Below are positions 36,100 through 45,365 of a stretch of DNA of 64,000 bases, in pieces. Each line of letters opens with the position of its first letter. The stretch's first letter is position 1. The stretch lies in contig CAVPWI010000009.1 of assembly GCA_963709475.1 (NCBI GenBank), positions 276,625-340,624 on the forward strand, in the 5' to 3' direction. A program made the translations under genes and the position numbers. The notes below the pieces were generated by a model. It ran no database searches and was not told where the DNA came from. It saw only the letters and a list, made by a program, of their open reading frames with translations. This stretch comes from an uncultured Solirubrobacterales bacterium. GTDB taxonomy: Bacteria > Actinomycetota > Thermoleophilia > Solirubrobacterales > 70-9.

Positions 36100-36835
36100 G
36101 CCCGGCCGGGTCTTCGGGGGCCGCCGGTCCTGTCGCGTTGACGAACTTGCGGGCTATCGCGCCGGTCAGCATCGAGATGAAGACGACACCGGTGAGCAGG
36201 ATCACTATCGCCGTCACCTCTGAGCCCACGGTTGTCGTCTTGATGTCCGAGCCGAGCGTCGCCATCGTGGTAATCGCCCAGTAGATGCTCTCCCATTCGG
36301 TGATGTCCTGGTTCTTGGCCTCGAAGGCGCGGAAGAGCGAACCTCCGGAGATCGCGACCACAAGTGTCATCAAGGCGGCATAAGCGAGGCCCTGACTGGA
36401 GAAAAGGCTCCTGGACAGCTTCTCCAGCTCGAGCAGGCGCAACAGTCTGAGCAGTCTCAACGCTCTCAGCGCCTGCAGCCCGGCCGGCAGCACCGGCGGC
36501 GTCAGCACTACAACGATCAGGTCGATCGGGTGGTGTCGCAGATACTTGAGCCGGTCCGGGACGAGGGCCAGCATCAGCACGAGGTTGAAGGCGAAGACCA
36601 GCCAGGTACCCCAGTTGAGCACCATCGCGATATCCGACAGGGCCCCGGTGGCATTGGTTTCGCTGAGGATCACGCTCGGGAGGGTGAGCACGGCGGCGAT
36701 CATCAGCGGTGCGTTCATCAGGTCCTGCGCTCGGCGTGCGCGCGGCCCGACCACCCCGTCATCGGCTTCGAATCCGCTCGGAAGGTTTATGTCCGCGCCG
36801 ATCCCAAGCTTCCTTCTTCGTCTGTTTCCTGGCAT
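36071..36835 (-). CDS. voltage-sensor-containing cation channel with non-canonical pore
   Basis: S4-like LRALRLLRLLRLLELEKL. Pore helix plus filter WAITTMATLGSDI in place of TVGYGD. Overlaps the convergent hydrolase gene by 29 nt. Confidence 0.6.
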   Translation of the reverse strand: MPGNRRRRKLGIGADINLPSGFEADDGVVGPRARRAQDLMNAPLMIAAVLTLPSVILSETNATGALSDIAMVLNWGTWLVFAFNLVLMLALVPDRLKYLRHHPIDLIVVVLTPPVLPAGLQALRALRLLRLLRLLELEKLSRSLFSSQGLAYAALMTLVVAISGGSLFRAFEAKNQDITEWESIYWAITTMATLGSDIKTTTVGSEVTAIVILLTGVVFISMLTGAIARKFVNATGPAAPEDPAGLRDPTGGGR

Positions 36836-37018
36836 TTCGGGTTCTCTTCGCCATCGGAGCCCGTGGGCCTACAGGCGCAAACGATCAATCAGGGCCCGGA
36901 TTCGGAGCAGTTGCGGACCGGGGAACGAGAAACGAGTACCAGAGCCAAGAACAGATGTCATGCGTACCATCAGACACATTGTCAGACAATAATTCACAAG
37001 GGTCTGGCCGAGGGGTTC

Positions 37019-38488
37019 ATGCCTTCCAGCCGACGGTGCGACTCACATCCGCCGCCGCCGCCATCCAATAGCCTGCGGGTTACCTTGGTCCACTCAGCGC
37101 ACGGGTACTGGATCGACGAGGCCGGCCTGCCGGAACCGCTCGCTGCGCTTGAAGGAAGAGCCGAGGCTGATGTCGCGATCGTCGGAGGCGGCTTCAGCGG
37201 CATGTGGACCGCCTGGCATCTCTCGCAGGCCGAACCGGACCTCAGGATCGCCCTGATCGAGTCCCACCGGATCGGATGTGGCCCCAGCGGACGCAACGGA
37301 GGCTTTGCCGACTCGATGTGGGTCAGCTTCGAGAGCATGAAGCGCCGCTACGGCCTGCCCGGTGCGCTGCGCCTCGCCCGTGCCTCCGAGGATTCAGTCC
37401 GCCAGATCGGGGAATTCTGCGATGACCAGGGAGTCAACGCCTGGTACAGGCGAGCCGGCTACCTGAACGTTTCGACCACCCCGACCCAGGACGAAATCGC
37501 ACAGGCAAACGCCCACTCGATCCTGGAAGCCGGTGTCGAAGGCGAAGTCCGCAGCCTGGATGCCTCCCAGGTGCAGGAGGTCTGCGCTTCGCCGCGCTTC
37601 CGGGGCGGCGTCTTCTACGAATCGGTCGCGACGGTACAGCCGGCCCGTCTCGGCTTCGGAATCCGGGCGGCCCTGATCGACCGTGGCGTCGCCCTCTTCG
37701 AATCGAGCCCGGTACGACGGGTCGAAGACGGACCGGATGGCGTCACGATCATGACCGACGGCGGTCGGGTCGAGGCCGACCACGTCGTGCTGGCATCGGG
37801 GCCGTCGCTTGCGGGCCGTGGCTCGCCGATCCGGCGTAACGTCACGATCGCATCGAGCCACATGGTGATCACCGAACCGGTTCCCGAGCTGCTCGAGGAG
37901 ATCGCCTGGACCGGAGGCGAGGCGATCACCGACTCCAGGTCCCTGCTGAACTACTTCCGGACCACCCCCGACGGGCGGATAGCCTTCGGCTGGGGCGGCG
38001 GGCGTATCGCGGCCGGAGGGCGTCGCTTCGGCCGGGCCGAGATCGACCCCGATGTCGTAGCCCAGGTCGAGACCGGTCTGCGGGAGTACTTCCCCGGACT
38101 GGCCGGCAAGCGGATCGACCACGCATGGGGAGGACCGATCGACACCTCGGCGACGCATCTTCCGCATGTGGTCAGGCTTCCGTCAGGTCGCGGTTTCGCC
38201 GCTTTCGGCTACACCGGCAACGGGGTCGGGCCGTCGCAGATGGTCGGTCGCTGCATCGCCTCCAGCCTGCTCGAAAAACGAGACGACTACGCCTCGCTGC
38301 CGATCATCGAGCCGCCGTCGGCCCTGACCGGTGTCCCGCCCGAGCCGTTTCGCTGGATCGGTGGCACGATGATCCGCGAGGCGATCGGTCGCAAGGAACA
38401 GGCCGAGGCCGAAGGCAGGCGCCCCGGCATCATCTCCTCGGCGATCGCCGGTATCCCCGGCCTCATCGGCTTCCACATCGGCCGCTGA
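37019..38488 (+). CDS. FAD-dependent oxidoreductase (DAO family)
   Basis: Start re-set to ATG 37019. DVAIVGGGFSGMWTAWHL Rossmann motif. Upstream of 37019 the track ORF is antisense to the channel gene. Confidence 0.7.
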   Translation: MPSSRRCDSHPPPPPSNSLRVTLVHSAHGYWIDEAGLPEPLAALEGRAEADVAIVGGGFSGMWTAWHLSQAEPDLRIALIESHRIGCGPSGRNGGFADSMWVSFESMKRRYGLPGALRLARASEDSVRQIGEFCDDQGVNAWYRRAGYLNVSTTPTQDEIAQANAHSILEAGVEGEVRSLDASQVQEVCASPRFRGGVFYESVATVQPARLGFGIRAALIDRGVALFESSPVRRVEDGPDGVTIMTDGGRVEADHVVLASGPSLAGRGSPIRRNVTIASSHMVITEPVPELLEEIAWTGGEAITDSRSLLNYFRTTPDGRIAFGWGGGRIAAGGRRFGRAEIDPDVVAQVETGLREYFPGLAGKRIDHAWGGPIDTSATHLPHVVRLPSGRGFAAFGYTGNGVGPSQMVGRCIASSLLEKRDDYASLPIIEPPSALTGVPPEPFRWIGGTMIREAIGRKEQAEAEGRRPGIISSAIAGIPGLIGFHIGR

Positions 38489-38537
38489 GCCCCGGGCGGG
38501 CCTGGCCCGAGCCGGGCGCCGGCCTGGTCCCCGCGCA

Positions 38538-38577
38538 GCGAAACGGCCGCCCGGATCAGGCGGCCGTCTCGTTTCGC
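38538..38577. terminator. putative bidirectional terminator between convergent genes
   Basis: Stem ACGGCCGCC / GGCGGCCGT, extended by GCGAAAC / GTTTCGC. Sits between the FAD oxidoreductase (+) and the opu binding protein (-). Confidence 0.6.
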
Positions 38578-38615
38578 GTACATGTCCGGACAGAAAGCCC
38601 GTTTCCGGTCTGCGG

Positions 38616-39593
38616 CTACTCGATGTAGCCGACCTCCTTGAGGTAGTCGGAGGCGACCTGCGCCGGCTGCTGCTTGTCGATGTCGACCCGGGCGTCGAGC
38701 TCCTGCATGACCTCGACGGTCAGGCCGCTCTGGACCTTTTCGATCGTCTCGGCGTAGTCAGGCCCCGCTTCGTCGATCGTCTCCTGCTTTGTCATGAAGA
38801 CGACGTTCCCGGCCGGCAACACGCCCTGGTCGTCCTCGAGGATCGTGTACTCGTCAGATGCACCGAGCTGGGCGTCGGTCGTGAATACGATCGAGAGGTC
38901 GGCCTGGCCCTTGTCGAGCACCTCGTAGCGCAGACCGATGTCTACCGGGGTGAACGACTTGAAGTCGAGACCGTAGTTCTCCTCGAGGCCGATGAGGCAG
39001 TCGATGCGCTGGCGGCACTCGGGGGATCCGTAGAGCGCCAGATCCTGGCTCTTGCCTTCTAGATCGGAGATCGTCTCTACCTCGAGTTCGGCGGCTGTGG
39101 CCGTCAGCAGGCCGACCGCATTGGCGCTGGAGAACGGAGTCGGCGGCAGGGCCACCAGTCCGTCGGCCTCGACCTCCTGGCTGACCGCGTCGAACGCCTC
39201 CTGCGAGTCGGCCGGAACCTCGTCGGCGTCCTTCCCGTAGAACGAGGTCAGGGCGGTGGCGACGTATTCCGGGTAGCCCGAGATCTCATCCTTCTTCAGG
39301 GCCTGGAGCGCGATCGTCTCCGAGCCGAGGTTGAGGTCGGTGCTGACGTCGTAGCCGGCAGCTTCGAGCCCCTGGGCGTAGATCTCTCCGAGGACGATCT
39401 GTTCGGTGAAGTTCTTCGATCCGATGGTCAGGCTGACATCCGAGTTGTCCGGATTCGACTGGATCAGCTCAGCGCTGCCGGAGCTTTCCCCCGAAGTCGA
39501 ATCGTCACTGTCGTCGCTGCTGCAGGCGGCGAGTCCCAGCGAGAGCGCGAATACGGTCACTAACAACAGGTACTTCAGTTTCTTGACTGGCAT
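38616..39593 (-). CDS. glycine betaine/osmoprotectant ABC transporter substrate-binding lipoprotein
   Basis: Lipobox LGLAAC. OpuAC-family pattern (IGSKNFTEQ.VLGEIYAQ.LEAAGY). Confidence 0.8.
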   Translation of the reverse strand: MPVKKLKYLLLVTVFALSLGLAACSSDDSDDSTSGESSGSAELIQSNPDNSDVSLTIGSKNFTEQIVLGEIYAQGLEAAGYDVSTDLNLGSETIALQALKKDEISGYPEYVATALTSFYGKDADEVPADSQEAFDAVSQEVEADGLVALPPTPFSSANAVGLLTATAAELEVETISDLEGKSQDLALYGSPECRQRIDCLIGLEENYGLDFKSFTPVDIGLRYEVLDKGQADLSIVFTTDAQLGASDEYTILEDDQGVLPAGNVVFMTKQETIDEAGPDYAETIEKVQSGLTVEVMQELDARVDIDKQQPAQVASDYLKEVGYIE

Positions 39594-39633
39594 GTTTCTC
39601 CTTGTTTGGTGGGTAAGCGAAGAAATTTCAGAC

Positions 39634-40347
39634 TCATGATTTCTGGAGCTTCAGGCCCTTGGAGGTCATCCCCCACTGGATTCCGGCGAGGATCATCTCC
39701 AGCGTGATCGCCATCAGCGCGACCAGGATGGCTCCGGCGAGCACGCCGGCATCTCCGTAGACGTTCCGGGAGATGATGAAATCTCCGAGGGTCAGGATCC
39801 CGGCCAGGGGAGCGATGGTGGCCGTGGCGATGATGTTGATTGCGGATGTGCGGACTCCGCCCATGATCGTCGGGATCGCCAGCGGCAGCTCGACCCGGGT
39901 CATGATCTGAAAATCGCTCATCCCCATGCCGCGGGCGGCCTCTACCGAGGAACGGTTGACCTGCCTGATGCCGACGAAAGTATTGGTCAGGATCGGCGGT
40001 ATCCCGAGGATCGCCAGAGCCACGACGAGATTGAACAGTCCGACTCCGATTGCCGCTGCCATCAGGGCAATCAGTGCCAGCTCGGGGATCGCGCGGCCCG
40101 CGTTGCCGACCGATACGGCAAGGAATTCGCCCCTGCCGAAGTGACCGAGGACCAGGCCCGCCGGCAGCGCCAGAAGCAGCGAGACACCGAGTGCCAGCAG
40201 GGTTACCTCGAGCTGCTTGGTGGCAAGCTCGATCACCTGTGTGGGTCCGCCGACCATTACCCCGCCGGTGGCGGCCTCCTGCTGGTTGAAGACGAAGTCG
40301 AAGGCCTCTCCGAACAGGCCGAGGGCGGCGAAGTTCAGGGAAATCAA
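39634..40347 (-). CDS. osmoprotectant ABC transporter permease
   Basis: BPD-transporter fold with an EAA-like loop (SSVEAARGMGMSDFQIMTRVELPLA). Confidence 0.8.
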   Translation of the reverse strand: MISLNFAALGLFGEAFDFVFNQQEAATGGVMVGGPTQVIELATKQLEVTLLALGVSLLLALPAGLVLGHFGRGEFLAVSVGNAGRAIPELALIALMAAAIGVGLFNLVVALAILGIPPILTNTFVGIRQVNRSSVEAARGMGMSDFQIMTRVELPLAIPTIMGGVRTSAINIIATATIAPLAGILTLGDFIISRNVYGDAGVLAGAILVALMAITLEMILAGIQWGMTSKGLKLQKS

Positions 40348-41072
40348 CGGGCCACCTTCGTCCAGGGCGTGAGCATTTTACCGGCGAGCAGGAGCAGCGC
40401 ATCAAAGAGAATCGCCATCAGCACGGCGATTGATCCGGCGACGATGATGCCCGTCTTGAAGGTGATGTTCGAGCCGACCACGATCTCGGTTCCGAGTCCG
40501 CCACCGTTGGCGAATACGGCCAGCGTCGCCAGGGCGACCGTGCTGACCGTCGCGATCCGGAGCCCGGCAATGATCTCCGGCATCGCCAGCGGGATCTCAA
40601 CCTGCCAGAGCACCTGTTTCTTGGTCAGCCCTACGCCGCGGGCGGCATCGGTCACCTCGGTAGGAACATTCCTGAGGCCGGTGGTCATGTTGCGAAAGAT
40701 GATCTGCAGGGTGAAGGCGGTCAGGGCGATGATCGCGGTCACCGCTCCGCGGCCGGTGATCGGCAGCAGCAGGAAGAAGAACGAGATCGAGGGGATCGTG
40801 TACAGAACGCCGGTGGCCGCCAGGAACGGTGACGAGAGCCAGCGGTGCCGGTGGGCCAGGACGGCCAGGGTGAAGGCGATCAGAAGACCGCCGGCGACGG
40901 CGCTGAGCACGAGGACGACGTGCTGGAGGGTCGGGTCGACGTAGCGGTCCGCGTTGTCGACGACCCAGCCGGGGCAGAACAGCTTGTTTTCCTCGATGCA
41001 GCCACCGCCGGTGCGATCCCGGAAAAAGCCCTCCGAGACGTCGGTCCGGGCGAACAGGTCAGGCGTCAGCAC
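40344..41072 (-). CDS. osmoprotectant ABC transporter permease
   Basis: EAA-like loop (EVTDAARGVGLTKKQVLWQVEIPLA). Overlaps both neighbouring genes. Confidence 0.8.
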   Translation of the reverse strand: MLTPDLFARTDVSEGFFRDRTGGGCIEENKLFCPGWVVDNADRYVDPTLQHVVLVLSAVAGGLLIAFTLAVLAHRHRWLSSPFLAATGVLYTIPSISFFFLLLPITGRGAVTAIIALTAFTLQIIFRNMTTGLRNVPTEVTDAARGVGLTKKQVLWQVEIPLAMPEIIAGLRIATVSTVALATLAVFANGGGLGTEIVVGSNITFKTGIIVAGSIAVLMAILFDALLLLAGKMLTPWTKVAR

Positions 41073-42270
41073 GTTCGACCGCCGGAATCGAAGCCTCGAG
41101 GGCTTCGTCGGAGGAGAGGAAATCGGAGATGATCTCGACCGAAAGCACGCCGTCGAGCCGTCCGCGGCCGTCGACGACGGTGGCGTACTGGGGACCTCCG
41201 GCCAGCAGCGTCGCCAGTCCGTCCCTCAGGGTCATGTCGCCGTCGAGCAGCGGCACGGCCATGGAATCCGGCTTCGCCGGCACGGTTTCCGATTCCAGGT
41301 CGCGTTCCGAGAGCCAGCCGAGCGGCCGGTCTTCGGAGTCGACGAGTACGGCGTGCGGCACCTCGGCCGATTCGAGTGCGACCTTGACCGGCGCGGTCGG
41401 ATCCCCGGCCCGCGCCACCGGTGCTTTCCAGAGGTTCACGTTCTTGACCCTGATCAAGGCCAGCCTCTTGAGGGCGCGATCGGCACCGACGAAGTCCTCG
41501 ACGAACTCGTCGGCGGGCTCCATCAGCAGTTCGGTCGGGGTGGCGAACTGGGCGAGTTCGCCGCCCTCCTTGAGTACTGCAATGCGGTCGCCCATCTTGA
41601 TCGCCTCGTCGACGTCGTGGGTCACGAACAGGACGGTCTTCCGAATCTCGGCCTGGAGCCTAAGGAACTCGTTCTGGAGCCGCGAGCGGTTGATCGGATC
41701 GATCGCGCCGAACGGTTCGTCCATCAGCATCACCGGGGGGTCGACCGCCAGCGCCCGGGCCACTCCTACCCGCTGCTGCTGTCCACCGGAGAGCTGGCCC
41801 GGGTAGCGGTCCGCGAACTCGGGGTCGAGGCCGATCAGCTCGAGCAGCGTCTCGACTCTCTCCTGGATGCGGGAGTTGTCCCACTTGAGCAGGGTGGGGA
41901 CCGTGCCGATGTTCTCGGCGATCGTGCGGTGGGGGAAGAGCCCGATCTGCTGGATCACGTAGCCGATCTCCCGCCTGAGCTTCGCGGCGTCGCCGTCCTT
42001 TACCGAGCGCTCGCCGATCAGGATGTCACCCGAGGTCATCTCAACGGTCCGGTTGGCCATCCTCATTGCCGTGGTCTTGCCGCAGCCGGATGGCCCTACG
42101 AGCACGCAGATTTCGCCTGCCGGGACTTCGAGGCTGAGTTCATGTACCGCGAAGCCTTCGGCGCCCGGGTATCGCTTCGAAACGCTCTCGTAACGAACGG
42201 TTGAGGCGGAGCCATCGTCTTCGATTGAGTGTTCTCGGATCGGTTCTCCGGCAGTCACTGCGTCAACCAT
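41059..42270 (-). CDS. osmoprotectant ABC transporter ATP-binding protein with tandem CBS domains
   Basis: Start re-set to ATG 42270. Walker A GPSGCGKTT, signature LSGGQQQRVG and Walker B LMDEPF, plus a C-terminal CBS pair. Upstream of 42270 the 796-aa track ORF is antisense to the M23 gene. Confidence 0.85.
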   Translation of the reverse strand: MVDAVTAGEPIREHSIEDDGSASTVRYESVSKRYPGAEGFAVHELSLEVPAGEICVLVGPSGCGKTTAMRMANRTVEMTSGDILIGERSVKDGDAAKLRREIGYVIQQIGLFPHRTIAENIGTVPTLLKWDNSRIQERVETLLELIGLDPEFADRYPGQLSGGQQQRVGVARALAVDPPVMLMDEPFGAIDPINRSRLQNEFLRLQAEIRKTVLFVTHDVDEAIKMGDRIAVLKEGGELAQFATPTELLMEPADEFVEDFVGADRALKRLALIRVKNVNLWKAPVARAGDPTAPVKVALESAEVPHAVLVDSEDRPLGWLSERDLESETVPAKPDSMAVPLLDGDMTLRDGLATLLAGGPQYATVVDGRGRLDGVLSVEIISDFLSSDEALEASIPAVERADA

Positions 42271-42408
42271 ATGGGTCGGTGAGGATGATTTCCTGTCGCC
42301 GACATCCGGACGGCCGGGGCCGGCCCGGCCCTGGCCCGGTTTCGGCCGGACTTCGGTGACGGCAATCCGGCGTGCAGAAAACGCGCGACCGGAAGTCTTT
42401 GTTAGCAA

Positions 42409-43629
42409 GTGCTTACACTTCTGGAAGTGCCGAATTCGACACCCCTCAACTCGCGGTCGGTCAAGACCCGGCTGCTCTTTGCGCTGGGCGCGCTGGGCTT
42501 TGCCTTTTTCGTATGGGCTCAGGGCCCGGCAACCGCAGCCGTCGAGGACCGCCTCGACCAGACCGAAGACAAGCTCGCCGAGGCCAAAGACAAGAAGGGT
42601 GTGCTCTCGAACGAGATCGCCGGTCTCAGTGGCCGGATCAGCGAGTACGAGAGCCGTGTCTCGGCGCTGCGTGCGGAAGAGCGGGAGGCCGAGCTCAGAC
42701 TCGCCGCCAAGCAGGCCGAACTCGACCAGGCCGAACTCGAAGTCACCGAGGCGTACAAGGAACTGAAGGTCCTTGCCGCACGCCTCAAACGGTCGCTCGA
42801 CATTCTTGGGGACCGGCTCGTTGCCATCTACCAGAGCGGCAGCACCGACGTTTCCGACCTGGTCTTCACCTCGGCCGACTACGGCGAGCTGATCGAGCAG
42901 TCCGAGTACCTCGAGCAGATCCAGAACCAGGACGAGACGATCGTTACCCGCGTACGCGACCTGCGTGACCAGCAGCAGAACACCGTGGCGCGGCTCAAGG
43001 CGGCCAAAGAGACGATCGAGTCGGCACGGGACTCGATCGCCGCGGAAGAGCAGAACCTCGCCACCGCGAGGCAGGCCGTCGAAAGCCAGCAGGGCGAGCT
43101 GATGGCGGCACGCGGACAGCGACGGGCTGCCCTTTCGAAGGTCGATCAGCGGGTCGGCCAGCTCGAGGACATACAGGCGGACCTCCAGGCCAAGATCCAG
43201 GAGCAGATCGCTGCCGCGTCGGGACTCAGCCCGCTGCCGGCCGGACCGATGACCGCGCCCAGCGCCGCCGGCCTGATCTGGCCGCTCGACGGACTTCTGA
43301 CTTCCGGCTTCGGCTATCGCTGGGGACGTATGCACGAAGGCATCGACATCGCGGTGTCTGAAGGCACTCCGATCCGGGCCGCCAAGGGTGGAACCGTGAT
43401 TCTCGCCTCCTACAACGGTGGCTACGGCAACTACACCTGCATCGACCACGGAAGCGGACTCTCAACCTGTTACGCCCACCAGTCTGCTTTCGCGGCCTCT
43501 TCGGGGCAGTCGGTCAGCCAGGGCCAGGTGATCGGCTACTCCGGAAACACCGGCAGCAGTACCGGCCCTCACCTCCACTTCGAGGTTCGTGTGAACGGCG
43601 CCGCCCAGGACCCGATGGGCTACCTCTAG
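42409..43629 (+). CDS. coiled-coil cell-wall hydrolase with C-terminal M23 metallopeptidase domain
   Basis: GTG start (42409 or 42427) and a signal-like segment. A long coiled coil precedes the M23 motifs HEGIDI and GNTG.STGPHLHFEV. Confidence 0.8.
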   Translation: MLTLLEVPNSTPLNSRSVKTRLLFALGALGFAFFVWAQGPATAAVEDRLDQTEDKLAEAKDKKGVLSNEIAGLSGRISEYESRVSALRAEEREAELRLAAKQAELDQAELEVTEAYKELKVLAARLKRSLDILGDRLVAIYQSGSTDVSDLVFTSADYGELIEQSEYLEQIQNQDETIVTRVRDLRDQQQNTVARLKAAKETIESARDSIAAEEQNLATARQAVESQQGELMAARGQRRAALSKVDQRVGQLEDIQADLQAKIQEQIAAASGLSPLPAGPMTAPSAAGLIWPLDGLLTSGFGYRWGRMHEGIDIAVSEGTPIRAAKGGTVILASYNGGYGNYTCIDHGSGLSTCYAHQSAFAASSGQSVSQGQVIGYSGNTGSSTGPHLHFEVRVNGAAQDPMGYL

Positions 43630-44906
43630 CCCGACAGGCCGAGGCGAGCGGCTCTTTCACGAGCCTTCTCGATCACTTCTGCGGCGCCCTCTACGCGGCC
43701 GCCGCCCATCAGGACCCTGCCGTCGACCACGGTGGTATCCACCACCGCTCCGGTCGCCGTGTAGACAAGGTTCGAGGAGAGGTCGCCCAGGGCCAGTTCG
43801 TAGGCCCCCGGGTCCAGCAGCAGGAAGTCGGCCGGCTTGCCCGGCGTCAGCGGCTCCGGATCGCCGATCAGGCTCGAGCGCCGACCGGTGGCCACGGCCC
43901 AGGCCTCTTCGACCGGGATCGCCTCGGCGTCGCCGGCCGCGTGGCGCTGGGTGAGCGCGAAGACCTTGAGGTCGGCGAGCAGGTCGAGCGAGTTGTTCGA
44001 GCCGGCTCCATCCGTACCGAGTCCCAGCCTGACACCGGCCCTGCGTGCGTCGGGGTAAGGCAGGACGCCGCCGACCGCGAGCTTCATGTTGGCGACCGGG
44101 TTGGCGACCACGGTGGCTCCCCGCTCGGCGATCAGGTCGAGTTCGTCACGGTCGAGCCATACGCCGTGGGCGAGCACGGTCGATTCGGTCAGCAGGCCGA
44201 TGCTGTCGATGTAGGCAGCCGGGCGCACCCCGTACTTGGCGACGCAGTCTTCGACCTCCGGCAGCGTCTCGGAGAGGTGGATCTGGAGCGGGAGCTCCCG
44301 TTCGGCAGCGAGTCCCGCCGCCTTCTCCAGTCCTTCGGTCGAAACCGTGTAGATCGAGTGAGGTGAGACCGCGGGCGTCACCCTCGGCCCACATGCCGCG
44401 AGCTGATCCAGCTGCTCGACCAGCATGCGGTCCCGGGCTCCGACTTCGGAGGCGGCGCCGGGGTCGATCATCGGTGGCCCCACCACTGCCCGCAGACCCG
44501 AGTCCTCGACCGCCCGGGCGACGGCAGCCGGCTGCCAGTACATGTCCCAGAACTTCGTGGTGCCGGTGCGGATCATCTCCAGGCAGGCCAGTCTGGTTCC
44601 CCAGTAGACGTCCTCGGCGTCCAGCTTCGCCTCGACCGGCCAGATCGCCTCCTGGAGCCAGCGCATCAGCGGCAGGTCGTCACCGTGCCCCCTGAACAGG
44701 GTCATCGCCGCATGGGTGTGGGCGTTGACCAGGGGCGGCACGAGAATCGCCCCGGCGGCATCGATCACTGTTTCACCGCCCGCCTTCGCACCGCCCGGCT
44801 CGACGCCCGGGCCGATCTCGTCGATGGTTCCGCCGCTGGCACGCATGCCGACGGTGTGGCCATCGAATGACGCGTTGATCACGCAGATGTCGCCGCCCGG
44901 TTTCAC
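43626..44906 (-). CDS. amidohydrolase, MTA/SAH-deaminase-like
   Basis: Metal motif PPLVNAHTHAAMTLFRG..DD.PLM.WL. 426 aa. Confidence 0.7.
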   Translation of the reverse strand: MKPGGDICVINASFDGHTVGMRASGGTIDEIGPGVEPGGAKAGGETVIDAAGAILVPPLVNAHTHAAMTLFRGHGDDLPLMRWLQEAIWPVEAKLDAEDVYWGTRLACLEMIRTGTTKFWDMYWQPAAVARAVEDSGLRAVVGPPMIDPGAASEVGARDRMLVEQLDQLAACGPRVTPAVSPHSIYTVSTEGLEKAAGLAAERELPLQIHLSETLPEVEDCVAKYGVRPAAYIDSIGLLTESTVLAHGVWLDRDELDLIAERGATVVANPVANMKLAVGGVLPYPDARRAGVRLGLGTDGAGSNNSLDLLADLKVFALTQRHAAGDAEAIPVEEAWAVATGRRSSLIGDPEPLTPGKPADFLLLDPGAYELALGDLSSNLVYTATGAVVDTTVVDGRVLMGGGRVEGAAEVIEKARERAARLGLSG

Positions 44907-45289
44907 CTCTGCCGGACTTTCATCTGGTGCTTCTGCCTCAGGAATTCGGCGGTGCCGAAGAACGGGGCGACACAGCCGAGTACCGCGACGGCGACCGCGA
45001 GCCTGAGGTTGATCACCCGGTAGTAGACGGCGAGCACGCTGATCACCGACATGGCGATCCAGATCAGACCGTGGGAGAGGCCGAATATGAAGGTCCAGGG
45101 CTGGGGGCCGTCAAGGAGGAAGGCGGAGATCAGCAGGGCGAAGTACACCGCCGAGTGGATCAGGCTGACCACCTCGAGCCGGTCGAAGGTGAACACCTCA
45201 CGAAAGATCCGGCCGAAGCCGCTGTCGCCGGGTCGTCGCCCGGTGGCGGAACGGCCGGTGATCCGGGATGTCGGGGGTGCCTGCGGCAT
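44903..45289 (-). CDS. DUF3817-like integral membrane protein
   Basis: 3-4 TM segments with GLSHGLIW and a C-terminal APFFGT pattern. The start is uncertain (45289 or 45349). Confidence 0.5.
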   Translation of the reverse strand: MPQAPPTSRITGRSATGRRPGDSGFGRIFREVFTFDRLEVVSLIHSAVYFALLISAFLLDGPQPWTFIFGLSHGLIWIAMSVISVLAVYYRVINLRLAVAVAVLGCVAPFFGTAEFLRQKHQMKVRQR

Positions 45290-45365
45290 GACTGAAAGCT
45301 TCGCACGAGCGGAGCCCGACCTGACGGCCGCGGCTTCCACCCGCCGCACGGCGAGGACCCCGGAC

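Noticed and set aside
36530-37018. 5' extension of the 652-aa ORF 36530..38488
   Set aside because: The extension is antisense to the ion-channel gene and lacks similarity to the FAD oxidoreductase family. The Rossmann motif starts about 50 codons after ATG 37019.
42271-43449. N-terminal ~390 codons of the 796-aa ORF 41059..43449
   Set aside because: This part is antisense to the M23 peptidase gene. The ABC ATPase homology begins just after ATG 42270, so the gene was truncated to 41059-42270.
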